DNA of 62,382 nt, filler included, from Collodictyon triciliatum (Eukaryota): NCBI GenBank assembly GCA_043381765.1. It is 4 parts of 4 records of this genome, joined end to end, with 100 filler letters (N's around TTAATTAATTAA, not from the genome) between each part and the next. Parts side by side here need not be neighbours in the genome. Positions count along the whole stretch, not along the records: positions 1 to 19,360 come from JBHJMP010000315.1; 3 more parts are not named here. The stretch is one strand, 5' to 3'. This document shows, piece by piece, positions 1-13,200 of the stretch (position 1 is the first letter of the stretch; each line of letters begins with the position of its first letter). A program made the translations under genes and the position numbers. Below the pieces are notes generated by a model. It made no database searches. It was not told the DNA's origin and was given only the letters and a program-made list of their open reading frames with translations.

Positions 1-813
1 CAACTACTCAGCGCAAAGGGTGTTCAAACCCGATCAGAATTGACTCAACCAAACGGGTCACGAATACCTTCCTTCAACCCAACCCGCGAGACTCGCAAAG
101 CGCCCCACTCATAAACGAACACTGTTCCATGAAAAGAAGCAAAGAAAAAAAGCAAAAAAAAAAAAAAAAAGAGCTGACTCGCGCACACTTCTCACAGGGC
201 GATTATTTCTGAGTTCAACCCGACAACAAACCCAATCATGAGCCTTTCAGCAATCTGTCATGGCCGCCTCGATCGACAGAAGAAGAGGAATGGAAAGAAA
301 GAAAAAGGACGTGTTTACAAAGGACATCAGAAGACACTGAACGAATCGTGATTGCGCAATCAAAAACGGCGATGTGTGAGACACTATTTTCCACATTTTC
401 CAACCGGACATCATCAATCCAGCCTTTGATCGCCAACGGATATCGGCATTCCTCAAAGTGGAACATCCAGAACAAGAAACATTGTTTTCATACCTATTCA
501 AGAAAATAAATGTGGAAATCATACATCTTTTATAATTCTTGGCGGCTGACTCCATAATCCGCGCAGGGAGTCTGCTCACAAAACTCGCACTGTTTGTCCA
601 GTTTCACCCGGCAGGGATCCACTACTGGTCTTTTTATCGCTTAACACTCACATTTTTTTTTTGCATCAGGGGCGAATCACTGTGCTCATTTGTTTCGCGT
701 TGGGTTGTCAAGAGGAAAATATTCATTTCTGACGCACAGATCAACACACAGAAGCACAGAGCCGTGAAGAAGGGAGGAGCAGAAGAAAGGAAAATAACGT
801 CAGCGCTTTGTTG

Positions 814-3800
814 ATGGAGGTGAGAAAGGTCAAAGTGCCTGTGTATTGGCAAGTTTGCTAGGTTTTCATATTCCCTGTTTTACTTTTTGTTTCCTTTTTG
901 TTTCCTTTTTGTTTACTTTTTGTTTACTTTCTGTTTACTTTTTGTTTACTTTTGTTTACTTTTTGTTTACTTTTTGTTTCCCTTTTGTTTCCCTTTTGTT
1001 TCCCTTTTGTTTCCTTTTTGTTTCCTTTTTGTTTACTTTTTGTTTACTTTTTGTTTCCTTTTTGTTTCCTTTTTGTTTCCTTTTTGTTTCCTTTTTGTTT
1101 CCTTTTTGTTTCCTTTTTGTTTACTTTTTGTTTACTTTTTGTTTTTTCCTGCGTGATGTATCGACTTTGACATCCACAAGGAGCAGACAAGGCCGTTTAG
1201 GAGGTCATATTTAGGCGATCGAACGAAAAATGCGTCCTACAAGTAAAGCTAAAATATCATTATCAAATATAACCTTAATCCAAAATAAATTCTAATATTA
1301 CGTCAATTTTTCTTCTTTTTGGTTTCGCTTGATTGACTATTTATCTCAACGATATATCAATTAATACTAGATATTGCTCCAACTACATTGCAACGTCAAA
1401 ATACAATATTATTAATTTTATACCAAAGAATTTGTTCGAGCAATTTCGCCGTGTTGCCAATGTTTATTTCTTGATCATATCTACGCTACAGGTTAGTTTT
1501 TCCCTTTAAATTGAGGCGTCGAAAGCCTCTTCTTACTAAACATTATTACAATAAATTAACATTTTTAAATGAAATGTGTGAATTGAATAAGAATACATAT
1601 TTCGCATAATCGTTGTGCTGATCGAAACTCCATAATGGCAACATAATTATGAGTTTTTGTTTAAACACCCCCTATAAATGAAACACTAACAAACAAAAAA
1701 AAATATCAATTGTTTATTAAAAAAAAAAATTAGCTTACAACAAATCTATCGCCAACAAACAAACTCGCTACTGCAATGCCACTTCTTTGCGTGCTGATGG
1801 CAAACATGGTAAAGGAGGCATATGAAGACTGGGTATGCTCCTTACATTCGCATGAATGCGGGCCTCTCAAAAAGAAGTAAATATTTCAAACCTATTGACA
1901 ACCCTCACCCTTTTTCATCACAAGAAACGACACGTCGCTGACAAAGAGGTCAACCACCGCAAATGCATCATTTTCAGGGACGGAATATTTAAGGAGATTC
2001 TCTGGAAAGAAGTTGTTGTGGGCGATATATGTGAACTACGCAATTTAGCAGAGGCTCCGGCAGATATGGCCATTCTAACGTCCTCAGAAAAGACTGGTAA
2101 CTTCTATGTGGAAACGTCGAATTTGGATGGGTTTGTGTCCCAATTTTTTTTCTTGCTTCAGCTGCAGTCTTTCTCTTCATATTCAGATGGGCTCTTAGAA
2201 TATACCGTTTCAACTCAGCATTGATGGATGTCTGTGTATAAATGTAGAGAAAGTAACTTGAAAGCCCAACAAGCTCTTCCAAAGTACTGCAACGTTTTTG
2301 TATCCCGCGAGAAACAAGATTTTGGAGGTATTTTGTTTCAGATTTTATTATAGCTTTAAAATTTTCGTGATTTAGTCAGTGAGACTGCGATTCTTATCAT
2401 AACTAACACTCTATTTTTATTTTATTTTTTTTACCCTCTGTTATCATCTCTCTTTTTCTATCCTTTTTTTTTATATACTTTTGTGTAGGATATATCGAAC
2501 ATGAACTTCCTAACAATCTTCTGTACGAATTCACTGGGACACTTCACAGGGATGGGAGCGACTGTAAATTTTTGAAGACACATATAATGCAGTTTTTTTT
2601 ATCTTCTTCAATTCTGAAACAGTATACACATAAATCCATTTTCTTTCTTTCCTTTTCATTGCCTTTTCACCTGGAATAATTGCGCTGTTTCAGTTTCTGT
2701 TACAGTAAAGAATCTAATTCTCCGTGGAATGGTTCTCCGCAACACTGAATATGTGTATGGTGTGGTGATATTTACTGGCCCTGATTCGAAGCTATCCATG
2801 AATTCGCAAGCTGCTCCCTCGAAACGAAGCAACTTGGAAAAGAATGTGAATGTATCCCTGGGATTTATCTTTTTCTGGTATGATACATATCGTGTAATCC
2901 TTCAATAGGGCGTCATTATATCATTCAGCATTCACAAAGCAATATTCATTATGTAACATCATCGATATAATCACTAGCCTTATACTGTTGTGCCTAATAT
3001 CCACGCTGGCTCACACCAAATGGGTTGAACAAAGAAGGTGAACTCAGATATGTAATATTCCGAGATTAGGAAAGCAATTGCATGATTCGACATAATTAAA
3101 GTATGGAACCTCTTATTTGAAGTAAAATCATTTATTATTTCTCATCTACCCAGGGGTTCATTATGGTATATGCTAAGTGTTGTTGAAGAGAGCAGCATCG
3201 AGTCAGCTTCCTCATTCGTCACTTTCTTGATTCTGTTCAACAATCTCGCTCCGATTTCGCTGTATATTTCGATGGAATTCGTTAGGTTTGAATGATGTCA
3301 ATTCTTTCTTTACTTTGATACACTGCGATGGCTTCTCTCTGCATAATTTTTCCCATTATTTGACTTTCTCGGCATGTAATAATTGCAAGATAAAAGGGTG
3401 TGGAAATTAATCAATCATTTGTTGATTATCGTTTTTACTTTACTCATCCGTAAAATAGGCTATACCAAGCTCGGCTAATAGAGTCTGATATTCAAATGTA
3501 TCACCCTGTGACAGATACTCCGGCTCTTGCGAGAACATCTAATCTGAATGAAGAACTTGGACAGATAGAGTACATATTCTCTGACAAGACTGGAACACTG
3601 ACATGTAATGAGATGGAGTTTAGAAAGTGTTCTATTGGTGGCTCCATCTATAGCCTTGGTGATTTCGAGCAGGTGGATTATTAGTCACTGTTTTTATCTC
3701 AGAAAAAGAAAAAGATGGAATGTAGTAAGACTTCCAAAGGTGAATAAACTCTAAGAAAAAAATCACCACATCATCACGCAGGTCATAAAACCAAGCATGT

Positions 3801-4148
3801 CTTACCATTCGATGCGCAGTTCGAGGATGGGAGAGTCAAGCTTTTCAGATGCAAGTGAACAACCACTTATGGATGCAATGGCTTTAATTACAAAAGAGCT
3901 TCATGAATTTTTCATGGTTTGTTTATTACTTTTTTTTCTCCAATAATGCAATCATTCAATCAGATTCTTTTCTCAAGGCTATAATTTTTAATGCTTCTGC
4001 ACACCGGCAATTACAGTGTCTCACAATTTGTCACACTGCTATTCCTGAGAAAGTGTCACCTAATAATCAAGTTGAGGAGGGCACGCCTAGCATCAAGTAT
4101 CAGTCCCAAAGCCCTGATGAGATTGCGCTCGTGACGTAAAACCTTTTC

Positions 4149-4189
<41 letters not shown>

Positions 4190-4212
4190 TTCCAATTTTT
4201 TCTTTCTTTTTT

Positions 4213-4252
<40 letters not shown>

Positions 4253-7200
4253 TATTGTATCATCAATCCAAGCATATACATACGCTATGGATATCTATCT
4301 GTAATTTTCCTATTAAATGTACCCACAGTGCTGCACACGAACTTGGATACACTGTTGTGGAACGTGACTCTGAATCACGTAAGTAATTGAGACTCTTTTT
4401 GTCTGGGATATGAATGGAACAAAATTGCTTGTAAAATGTCTTTTTTATGGTAAATTATATACTCCGAATATACCATTTCGTAGAATAAACTTGAAAGATT
4501 GATTTTCTGCTTAATTGTGTTGTTGTATTTGAGTTTATTGAATGTAATATGTAGTCGTCATTCGGTATCCAAGAGGTCAAGAAAGAGTGAAAATTCTCAA
4601 TGTGAACGAATTCAACAGCACAAGAAAGAGAATGTCTGTGATTTGTCGACGCGAGAATGGTCGAATACAGATATATTGCAAGGTTTTTTTTATAATTATT
4701 CTCTTTGATTATACTAAAACAGTTGTGTTTTGCATAAGAGACTTGGTGAACCTATTTTTTTTCTTTTTCTTTTTTTCCTATAGGGTGCTGATTCTGTGAT
4801 GTTTCAGAGAGTGTACAAAAACTCTGAATTTTATCTACAGACCAAAGCCCATGTTGACCGATTTGCGATCGAAGGACTTCGAACACTTGTGCTTGCAAAG
4901 GTCGGCACTATAAATATTGTGTACAGTGATGTTTCTTCCTGAAACAAGCAAAAAGAAAAAACTTAATAAAACGACATTGATAGAAAACTTTGGATACGGA
5001 GACATATGAACTCTGGAATCAAAAGTTTTTGCGGGCAGCCACTTCTCTTAGTGCCAGAGAAGCACAGTTGGATGAGGCAAGTCATAGAAACTCGCTCTAT
5101 TTATATCTGAATAAATGGGGGGAAAAATAACAAAGCTCGAACAATTTTACATCTAGGTTGCTGATATTATCGAAGTTAACCTTCACTTGCTCGGGGCTAC
5201 GGCGATTGAGGACAAACTGCAAGAGGGTGTCCCAGATTCTATAAAAATGCTATCCGATTCTGGTACCCTAGCCTCTTTTAGATATCAAATTACCTGGATG
5301 GTGCATATATTTGATATAAATTGAAAGATTGCCTAATCCGTTATATGTTGTATTTATGTAAGGAATCAAAGTTTGGGTTCTTACCGGTGACAAGCAGGAA
5401 ACAGCCATTAACATCGCTTATTCGACGAAGCTCTTCGACAAACAGATGGGGTTAATTGTATTAAACTATTCAGGAGAAGAGGATGTTATTCCTGGGTTAA
5501 CGCAAGCAAGACTTGAGGCTGAGCAGCTATTCGTTAGATTTTCTCCTGACTTGTTTTTTCTCTCTTTCTCCATATGCATGTTGAGAGAATCCACTGTAAT
5601 TTTCTATATCCTGAATTAGGTGGAAAATAAAAGGGCTGCGCTTGTTGTTGATGGGCGTTCTCTCGAATATATTATGGAGGACCGTGAAAAGCAGTTTTCG
5701 TTTTTGGAGGTCGCCAAGCTGTGTACATCAGTTGTGGCATGTAGAGTCAGGTTATAAAACTATGCGCTATATTCTTTTTTCTTTTGTATTGAAATCTTTA
5801 GGACTATCAAACCAATTTTAACGCAATATATTAGCCCAAGCCAGAAGGCTGGGATGGTGAGAATGGTGAAGAACCTTGTCAAACCTCAGGTGTGAATAGC
5901 CATCTGAAATTTATTTCGTTGTGGGTTGTGTCATATTTACTTTTGGTAATTAATTACTTGATAAACCGCTCAATCCAATCGTATGTGTACAGCCAATTAC
6001 GTTGGCCATCGGGGATGGAGCCAATGATGTGAGCATGATTCAAGAGGCACATGTTGGAATAGGTAACTAATACAATCAATACTGTCATCAGCAAGTGTTT
6101 ATGAGTGCGAGAAGAATTAAGAGAGTTTAAAATTCTGTCTATTGATGTGTTGCTTTTGATAACAGGTATTAGCGGAAAAGAGGGAATGCAAGCTGTACAG
6201 AGCAGCGATTATGCTATCGCACAATTTAGATTTTTGACTCGACTTCTTCTGGTAAGCAACTTCAAATATTGTGTTTAATGCCTAGCAAATCCCAGTATAA
6301 TAGATATGGATTATGTATTTTATATATATATATATATTTGACGTCATCCATTATCTAATAAATTTCATGTGCAATTGAATTAATTCCTCTCTTTGATTCG
6401 ACCATACTTGGACAGGTTCATGGGCGATGGGATTACATCCGAATGTCAAAGCTGATTTTATACTCTTTCTACAAAAATATGGCTTTCGTGTTGACTCTCT
6501 TTTACTTTGTGTTTTTGAATGGGTTCTCGGGCACCACTTTGTATGAGAGCTGGCTTGGTGCCGGGTGGAATGTAGGATGGACGCTGCTTCCAATTATGTT
6601 TGTTAGTGTACTAGATCAGGACGTCAGGTTTCATTTGCATTTGAAGTAGAACATGTGCAGACCATCTTTGTTATATGTGAAATAAAATTCCCATAGTTTT
6701 TTTAGCTGAGATTTATCTGTACTTCAGTTTTGTAACAACACCAAATGTTTAGTGCCGACTCAGCCCAGATTTATCCGATGTTGTATTATTACGGTCAAGC
6801 AAAAGTACTCCACCTGCATTTTCTTCTTTTTTGATCAAACACGAATAAATTATTAATCCTCGTATTTGTTTTTTTTTTGTTGTATTGTATTTGTCTTTGT
6901 ATTTGTCTTTGTCTTTGTCTTTGTCTTTGTCTTTGTCTTTGTCTTTGTCTTTGTCTTTGTCTTTGTCTTTGTCTTTGTCTTTGTCTTTGTCTTTGTCTTT
7001 GTCTTTGTCTTTGTCTTTGTCTTTGTCTTGTCCCTTGCTTTTGTCTTTTGTCTTGTCTTTGTCTTTGTCTTTGTCTTTGTCTTTGTCTTTGTCTTTGTCT
7101 TTGTCTTTGTCTTTGTCTTTGTCTTTGTCTTTGTCTTTGTCTTTGTTTTTGTTTTTGTTTTTTTGTTTTTTTTTTTTTGTTTTTGTTTTTTGTTTTTTGT

Positions 7201-10200
7201 TTTTTATTTTTTTCTGTTCAAAGATATCGTATTTTGACCTCTTTTTATTTTAATAAGCTCGGCTTCGACATTTGGACTTTCGTGCAATGGTCTGCAAACG
7301 CGTTCATCCATTCGCTGATAGTTTTCTTTTTCGGTATATCGTTCTTTGGGGTAACGAATTTGATTACAGCTTATTAAACTTGCTGGTATTGGCGATTCGA
7401 ATATATCTTCCCCGAGATAGTATTGCTCCCAAGCTATTTGATTCAGGAAACCTATATTGTTACATCAGGGAATCACGTCCTCTGATGGAAGAAGCGACGG
7501 ACTGTTCACAACCGGCACTATGATTAATTGCGCTTTGATGCTCACCGTTAATATGAAGGTAGAAATGAAGGGATCGATGAATCAAAAATGATTCGGCTTG
7601 AATTCCGAAATAGATTCTTCAATATTTCGACATTTCTGATAGGTATCCCTCGAAACGACGTATTGGACGCGAAACAACATGATTGTGGTCGTTGCTAGTG
7701 TCTCGCTTTGGTTCTTGTTTGTCATGGTATATTCTTTCATGGAAAGAATCAGTTCGGACTTTTTCTACGTCGGTTTCAGTGTATATTCCAAGTAAGGGCG
7801 TATACCAGTCACATGATCCAGTCAATACATTGAGGGTTTGACATGATTTTATCTCTTAATCTCTGTTGGTAATAGACCCGTTTTCTGGGTCACCTTACCT
7901 TTGACACCCATGACATGCTACTTATTCGACATCACATGGAAACTGTAAGCACCTTACCTGTATTGGAAAATAGAATAAAAATATTTTACATGATATCCTC
8001 TGTAACGTTTGTCAAAATAAAATTGTAGTGTTCGAAAAATTTACTTTCCCATGCCAGTCGATATTGCCTGTGAAATCCAGGGAGGATTTAAGTAAGAAAC
8101 GAATAAAATATGAGCTATGTCTCTGTAAGTTGTGATGTGGTGGTGTTTTAAGTTATTTTTAACACCCAATTTATTACCCAACAATATCTTTCTAACACCT
8201 TTTTCAGAAATGAGGTTGAGAATATGCTACCTGGCCTGCGTTCAAGCAAAGTTGCAGTCATAAACAGTCAAGAAGAACAATTCAGACTTCCTAGGCAGGC
8301 CTTTCATGGGATTTTCCAAACGTTTGGAGAGTAAGAAGATACATCTATAATGCGATATAGTATTTGCGATTTGTATTTTTTCTTTCTTTCCTCCTCATCA
8401 GGAGATTTTGGGGTGGATAAATGTACAATTAAAAACTATATATATCGAAGCATCCAAGCAATTTGAAACTTAACATTTTTTTTATTTATTAGAGATACAT
8501 CAAGGACTAAACAGGTTTGGATATAAGTTGTTTGTTTTTTCATCTGAAAACATAGAATTACAGCATACTAACAGGGCGGATGGTGTAGGGTAATCGGAAA
8601 TACAACAAATCCATCAGAACTCAGATGGATGCATACAACCTTGAATTTCAGAACGATGAGAGCTTGGAAAATCAATTCAGGGTAATTTTCCATGCCCAAA
8701 AAAATTGCGCTTTTATGTTTAAACTTGAACTAGAAACACCTGACAAGTTTAAGTAGACTTCCTTAGGAAACCTTTTAAAAAAACCAAGTTTTTAACTCTT
8801 TTTCACCTTTTTTTTGAATTCCTTTTTTCGTTACAATTTAATTAGTGTGTCTCAAAATCTCCATGTTGCACAAATTGAAATTAAATAAAAAAATTGTTTT
8901 TACGTATTGAGAAACATATTCGAAATATAATGTAGGATTACTATTTTATGGTTTCTGCTGGACAAACACGTGGCTCTATGGTGATGATTTTGGCCTTCTT
9001 CATTTTGTACTCTTTTGTATTCTCATCATTTGGATCCAAAGAGAATTCAGCTCCTGGATTCTTGGGAATCATTCTCTTGGTTGTGAGTGGTAAGTCTTCT
9101 ATAACCTGAGATAGCTTTTTCCAGATGCACTATTTGAATATTCATTGCATTATTTTAAAGTTACGTTCGTTCTGTTCTGCCTTACGCGGCATTTGAAACG
9201 AGTCTACCAACCGGCGTTGTTCTGCTGTCTATTTTGTGCCAGCATATTCAAAGTATACTAGAAAAATATGCACGTGTATCTTTACTGAATTACCAGTTAT
9301 CATAACATCATCAATTTCACATTAGACTGTTTCCATCACAGAGAGCGGAATCATATCAGCAACGAACTTTTCGATTATAGCTTTCATCGTGCTCAGATTG
9401 AGATTTAAATATGCTTTCATTATCGCACTTTTTGACCTTCTATTCTACCTGATATTTGTAGCGACGTAAGTTATTTTCCATTTGCTAATTTTAGCTTTGC
9501 TGTATACTAGACTTCCCCCTTACAGGATTGAATATTACAAAAAATGAATTATAGGTATGTGCAAGTTGGACTCTTAAAGGTTATCATATATGCGATTGTC
9601 CTCTTATGTATCTTTTGTTTGGGTGCTATCGGAGCTTATAAGAACGAAATTGGAATACGCAGAGATTTTCTCCTACAGAGAGAATTGAATTCAGAGAGGG
9701 AGCAAGTAAAGGTAGTTTGAATTAATGGAAGAGCATCCCGTTTTCTAGTTTCCAATTTCAAGAAAAGAAAAAATTCCTTTATTCGATTCAAAGTTCTAGG
9801 AATGAATATTATTGCTTGAGGACATGAAAAAAAAGGGATTTTGAGGTTTCTTTTTTTAAAATAAAAAACACAACTTAAAGGGTATTCTGGAGAATATGCT
9901 TCCTCCTTTTATCACAAAAAGGATGCAACTAGGCGAGAAGATTATTGCAAATAATGAGGTTGACTTTAGTTACTTGTAGTTTTTGGCTTGTATGATTATG
10001 TCATAATAATTATGAAAATTCATCCTAAAAAAATGTACTAGGAAAGAATGATGGTTTGTCCCTTAAAGTATTCATATATGTCTTGCTTAGGAGGAAGTTT
10101 CTGTACTCTTCTGCGATATCCAAGATTTTAATAAATTAGTCTTCGATCTACGACCAGGTGAGTTTGTCAGTCTTTTGGACAGAATATATTCCAGGTTCGA

Positions 10201-13200
10201 TAAACTAAGTGCAAGACACTCGGTTCGTAAAATGGAGACCGTTGGACCAACTTACATGGTAATGATAATATTATTTTGGTTTGGCTGTTTTAAAGAAGCG
10301 TCATAAGTAGATATCATTGTTTCTCGAGGTCTACATAAAAGATTGATGACGATGTAAACATAATAATAATAACAATAATAATTAATTAATTAATTAATTA
10401 ATTTATAGGCATGTGCGGGCCTTCAGGATTCCAATAAGAGCCATGCTCTTGCAGTGAGTCAGCTAGCATTTGATATGTTGGATGAAATCGCTAATTTTCA
10501 AACGTCAAAAGGAGAGCAGATTAAGTATGCTGAAATTTTCCATTTCTCTCTTTTTCTCTCTTTTTCTCTCTTTTTCTCTCTTTTTCTCTCTTTTTCTCTC
10601 TTTTTCTCTCTTTTTCTCTCTTTTTCTCTCTTTTTCTCTCTTNNNNNNNNNNNNNNNNNNNNNNNNNNNNNNNNNNNNNNNNNNNNNNNNNNNNNNNNNN
10701 NNNNNNNNNNNNNNNNNNNNNNNNNNNNNNNNNNNNNNNNNNTTTCTCTCTCTTTTCTCTCTCTTTTCTCTCTCTTTTCTCTCTCTTTTCTCTCTCTTTT
10801 CTCTCTCTTTTCTCTCTCTTTTCTCTCTCTTTTCTGTCTTTTTCTCTCTTTTTCTCTATTTTTCTATAAATTCATTCAATTTTATAAAGAGAACTGGCAA
10901 ATATTACATGGATGAACTCAACCAAGAAAAACTCAAATAGGATTCGTATCGGGATTAATACAGGTAGAGTAATATCGGGGGTGGTAGGATACAAGAAACC
11001 GCAATTCTGCCTTTTCGGAGACACTGTAATTCTTTCTAATCAAGATGAAAATTCATTACATTAACAAGCGAAACCTTTCTTTTCTGACATCCTTCAGCAT
11101 CTTTTTTTTATTATTGCTGTAACTTAATATTGTATTGTATGATTTTGGTTGATTGTTTCCCCCATTTCCCACAGGTTAACACAGCTTCTCGCATGCAATC
11201 TACTGGAATCATTTCGGAAGTACAGGTGTCTGAAGTGACTTACAATCACCTGAAAGGATTCTACGAAGGCGAATCTAGGAAAGTATGTCATTTTATTAAC
11301 ACCCAAGTATGGTCAGATTCCCCGTCGGTTGCTCATTAATAATCTAAAACGTAGGTGTATGTGAAAGGAAAAGGGGAAATGACAACATATATCATTCGAA
11401 GGAAATCCATCGGCCCTCGTTCTCTCACTATCATGAATAAGGCCGCTGCTGCCACCGTACATGTAACTTACTTTTCTCTTTCAGTTCCAGTGAAATTCAG
11501 CTTGCAAGCATCTAAAGCGTTTGTATTAGGGAGAGGAGAAAGTCGATGAAGAAGTGCATGATTCAGATACCGGTGTAATGACACATGAATTTTGCATATG
11601 TCACGAAATAGCGTGTTCCAAAAAAAAAAATACGGAAACAGCGTTTATAATTCATGACTGTCAACACCCATAGATTTTTGATCTGATTCCCCGCATCTCA
11701 AAGGAGCGTGAAGAGGTTCCGATGAATTTAGTCACTCTCCGCTTTACTGAAGACGACGAGCTGGAAGAACAGTACCAGCAAGAAGCATCTGCTATCAATG
11801 CTCGTCAGATAAGAATGTGCTTCAAGATGTTTGCGTTCGGGTAATTTGTTGGTCACTTGAAAAAGAAAAGAGTCAATTTAATTATAGAGTATATGTTATT
11901 ACCTGAACGATATATGACATGCTCTGAAAACGATTTGTAGATTTCTTGGTTCTGCCATGTTGGAAGTCGTGACAGGTGACCCAAGCGATGGAAATGTCAT
12001 CGTTGGGATGTCAGTTCGTTTAGGATTCATGTGTATGCATTAGATATCCAAATTTTGAAAGAACAGAAGAAAATGTATACCGCTTGCGCTAATCCCAGTA
12101 TCTAAATTACCTTTATATATACAATTTTATAGGCTTCCTTGCTGCTCTTTATCGTTCTGTCCATACTCAATGGTTCCAATCAAATCCACAAATGTATGCT
12201 TTCGTGGTGTATGTTTTGGAGGGTCTTGTGATTTGTTTGGTTGGTGTAGCAAAGGTTATTTATACACTTACAATCGATTGACATTTATTCATAATTTTAT
12301 TTTTTCTTCTTTTTTCTTCTTTTTTCTTCTTTTTTCTTCTTTTTTCTTCTTTTTTCTTCTTTTTTCTTCTTTTTTCTTCTTTTTTCTTCTTTTTTCTTCT
12401 TTTTTCTTCTTTTTTCTTCATTTTGACTGCCTTTTGAAAGAAAAATATATCAACAAAATAGGGAGATGCGATAGGGGAAATGACCACTTTGAGCATAATT
12501 ATGTCTCTGTACGTTGTATTTAACGTGGGAGGTGTCTCGTTTATATATGCTCTGATATCATGCTCCATCATGATATTGACATTCACCCTAATCGGCACGG
12601 GAATGGATTCCAGTCCGACTCAACCCCAAACATCTGATAATCCATTTGGGTTCTATGTTCTTTTTGTTACTTTGGCTTTAATTGTGGATGCTTCGTCTAC
12701 TAGAACGAAAGTACCATTTTCACTCATTGCGTAGCTTTTTTTCATTTTTTTTTTCATTCTCCTATTCATTAAAAAAAAATACATTCGATATTTCTAGGAG
12801 TATTACATGCGCCGCAACTTTGCGCTTACATCTTCAATCAAAGCTGAAACCAAAAAGTCTGACGATCTTCTTCATAACATGCTTCCTTCCTCTGTCATTA
12901 ATCAATTAAAGGTATGCTATTATTTTAACTAGACAATCATTAAAATATGATGATTGACATGGGAATTTTTTATGGATCGTACTTTATGCTTTAAAAGGAA
13001 CGTATTAATATCTTTGTGTTTTCATCAAGTCTGGAAGAAGCACAATTGCCGATATTCACGAGAATGTAGCAATCTTATTTTCTGACATTGTTGGTTTTAC
13101 TGACAAGGCCTCCAGAAGTGACCCAGCGAAGGTTAAAAAATTAAAATCACTCTTATAATCTAGCTCACCACAATTATGCATTTTGTATATTTAGATAAGA

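Noticed and set aside
236-852. Short ORFs upstream of the flippase-cyclase
   Set aside because: No recognisable motifs; likely 5' UTR or promoter sequence.
846-1214. Long low-complexity ORFs (poly-F, LC, YC, NK, etc.) throughout the ORF track
   Set aside because: They are translations of intronic microsatellites or N gaps.
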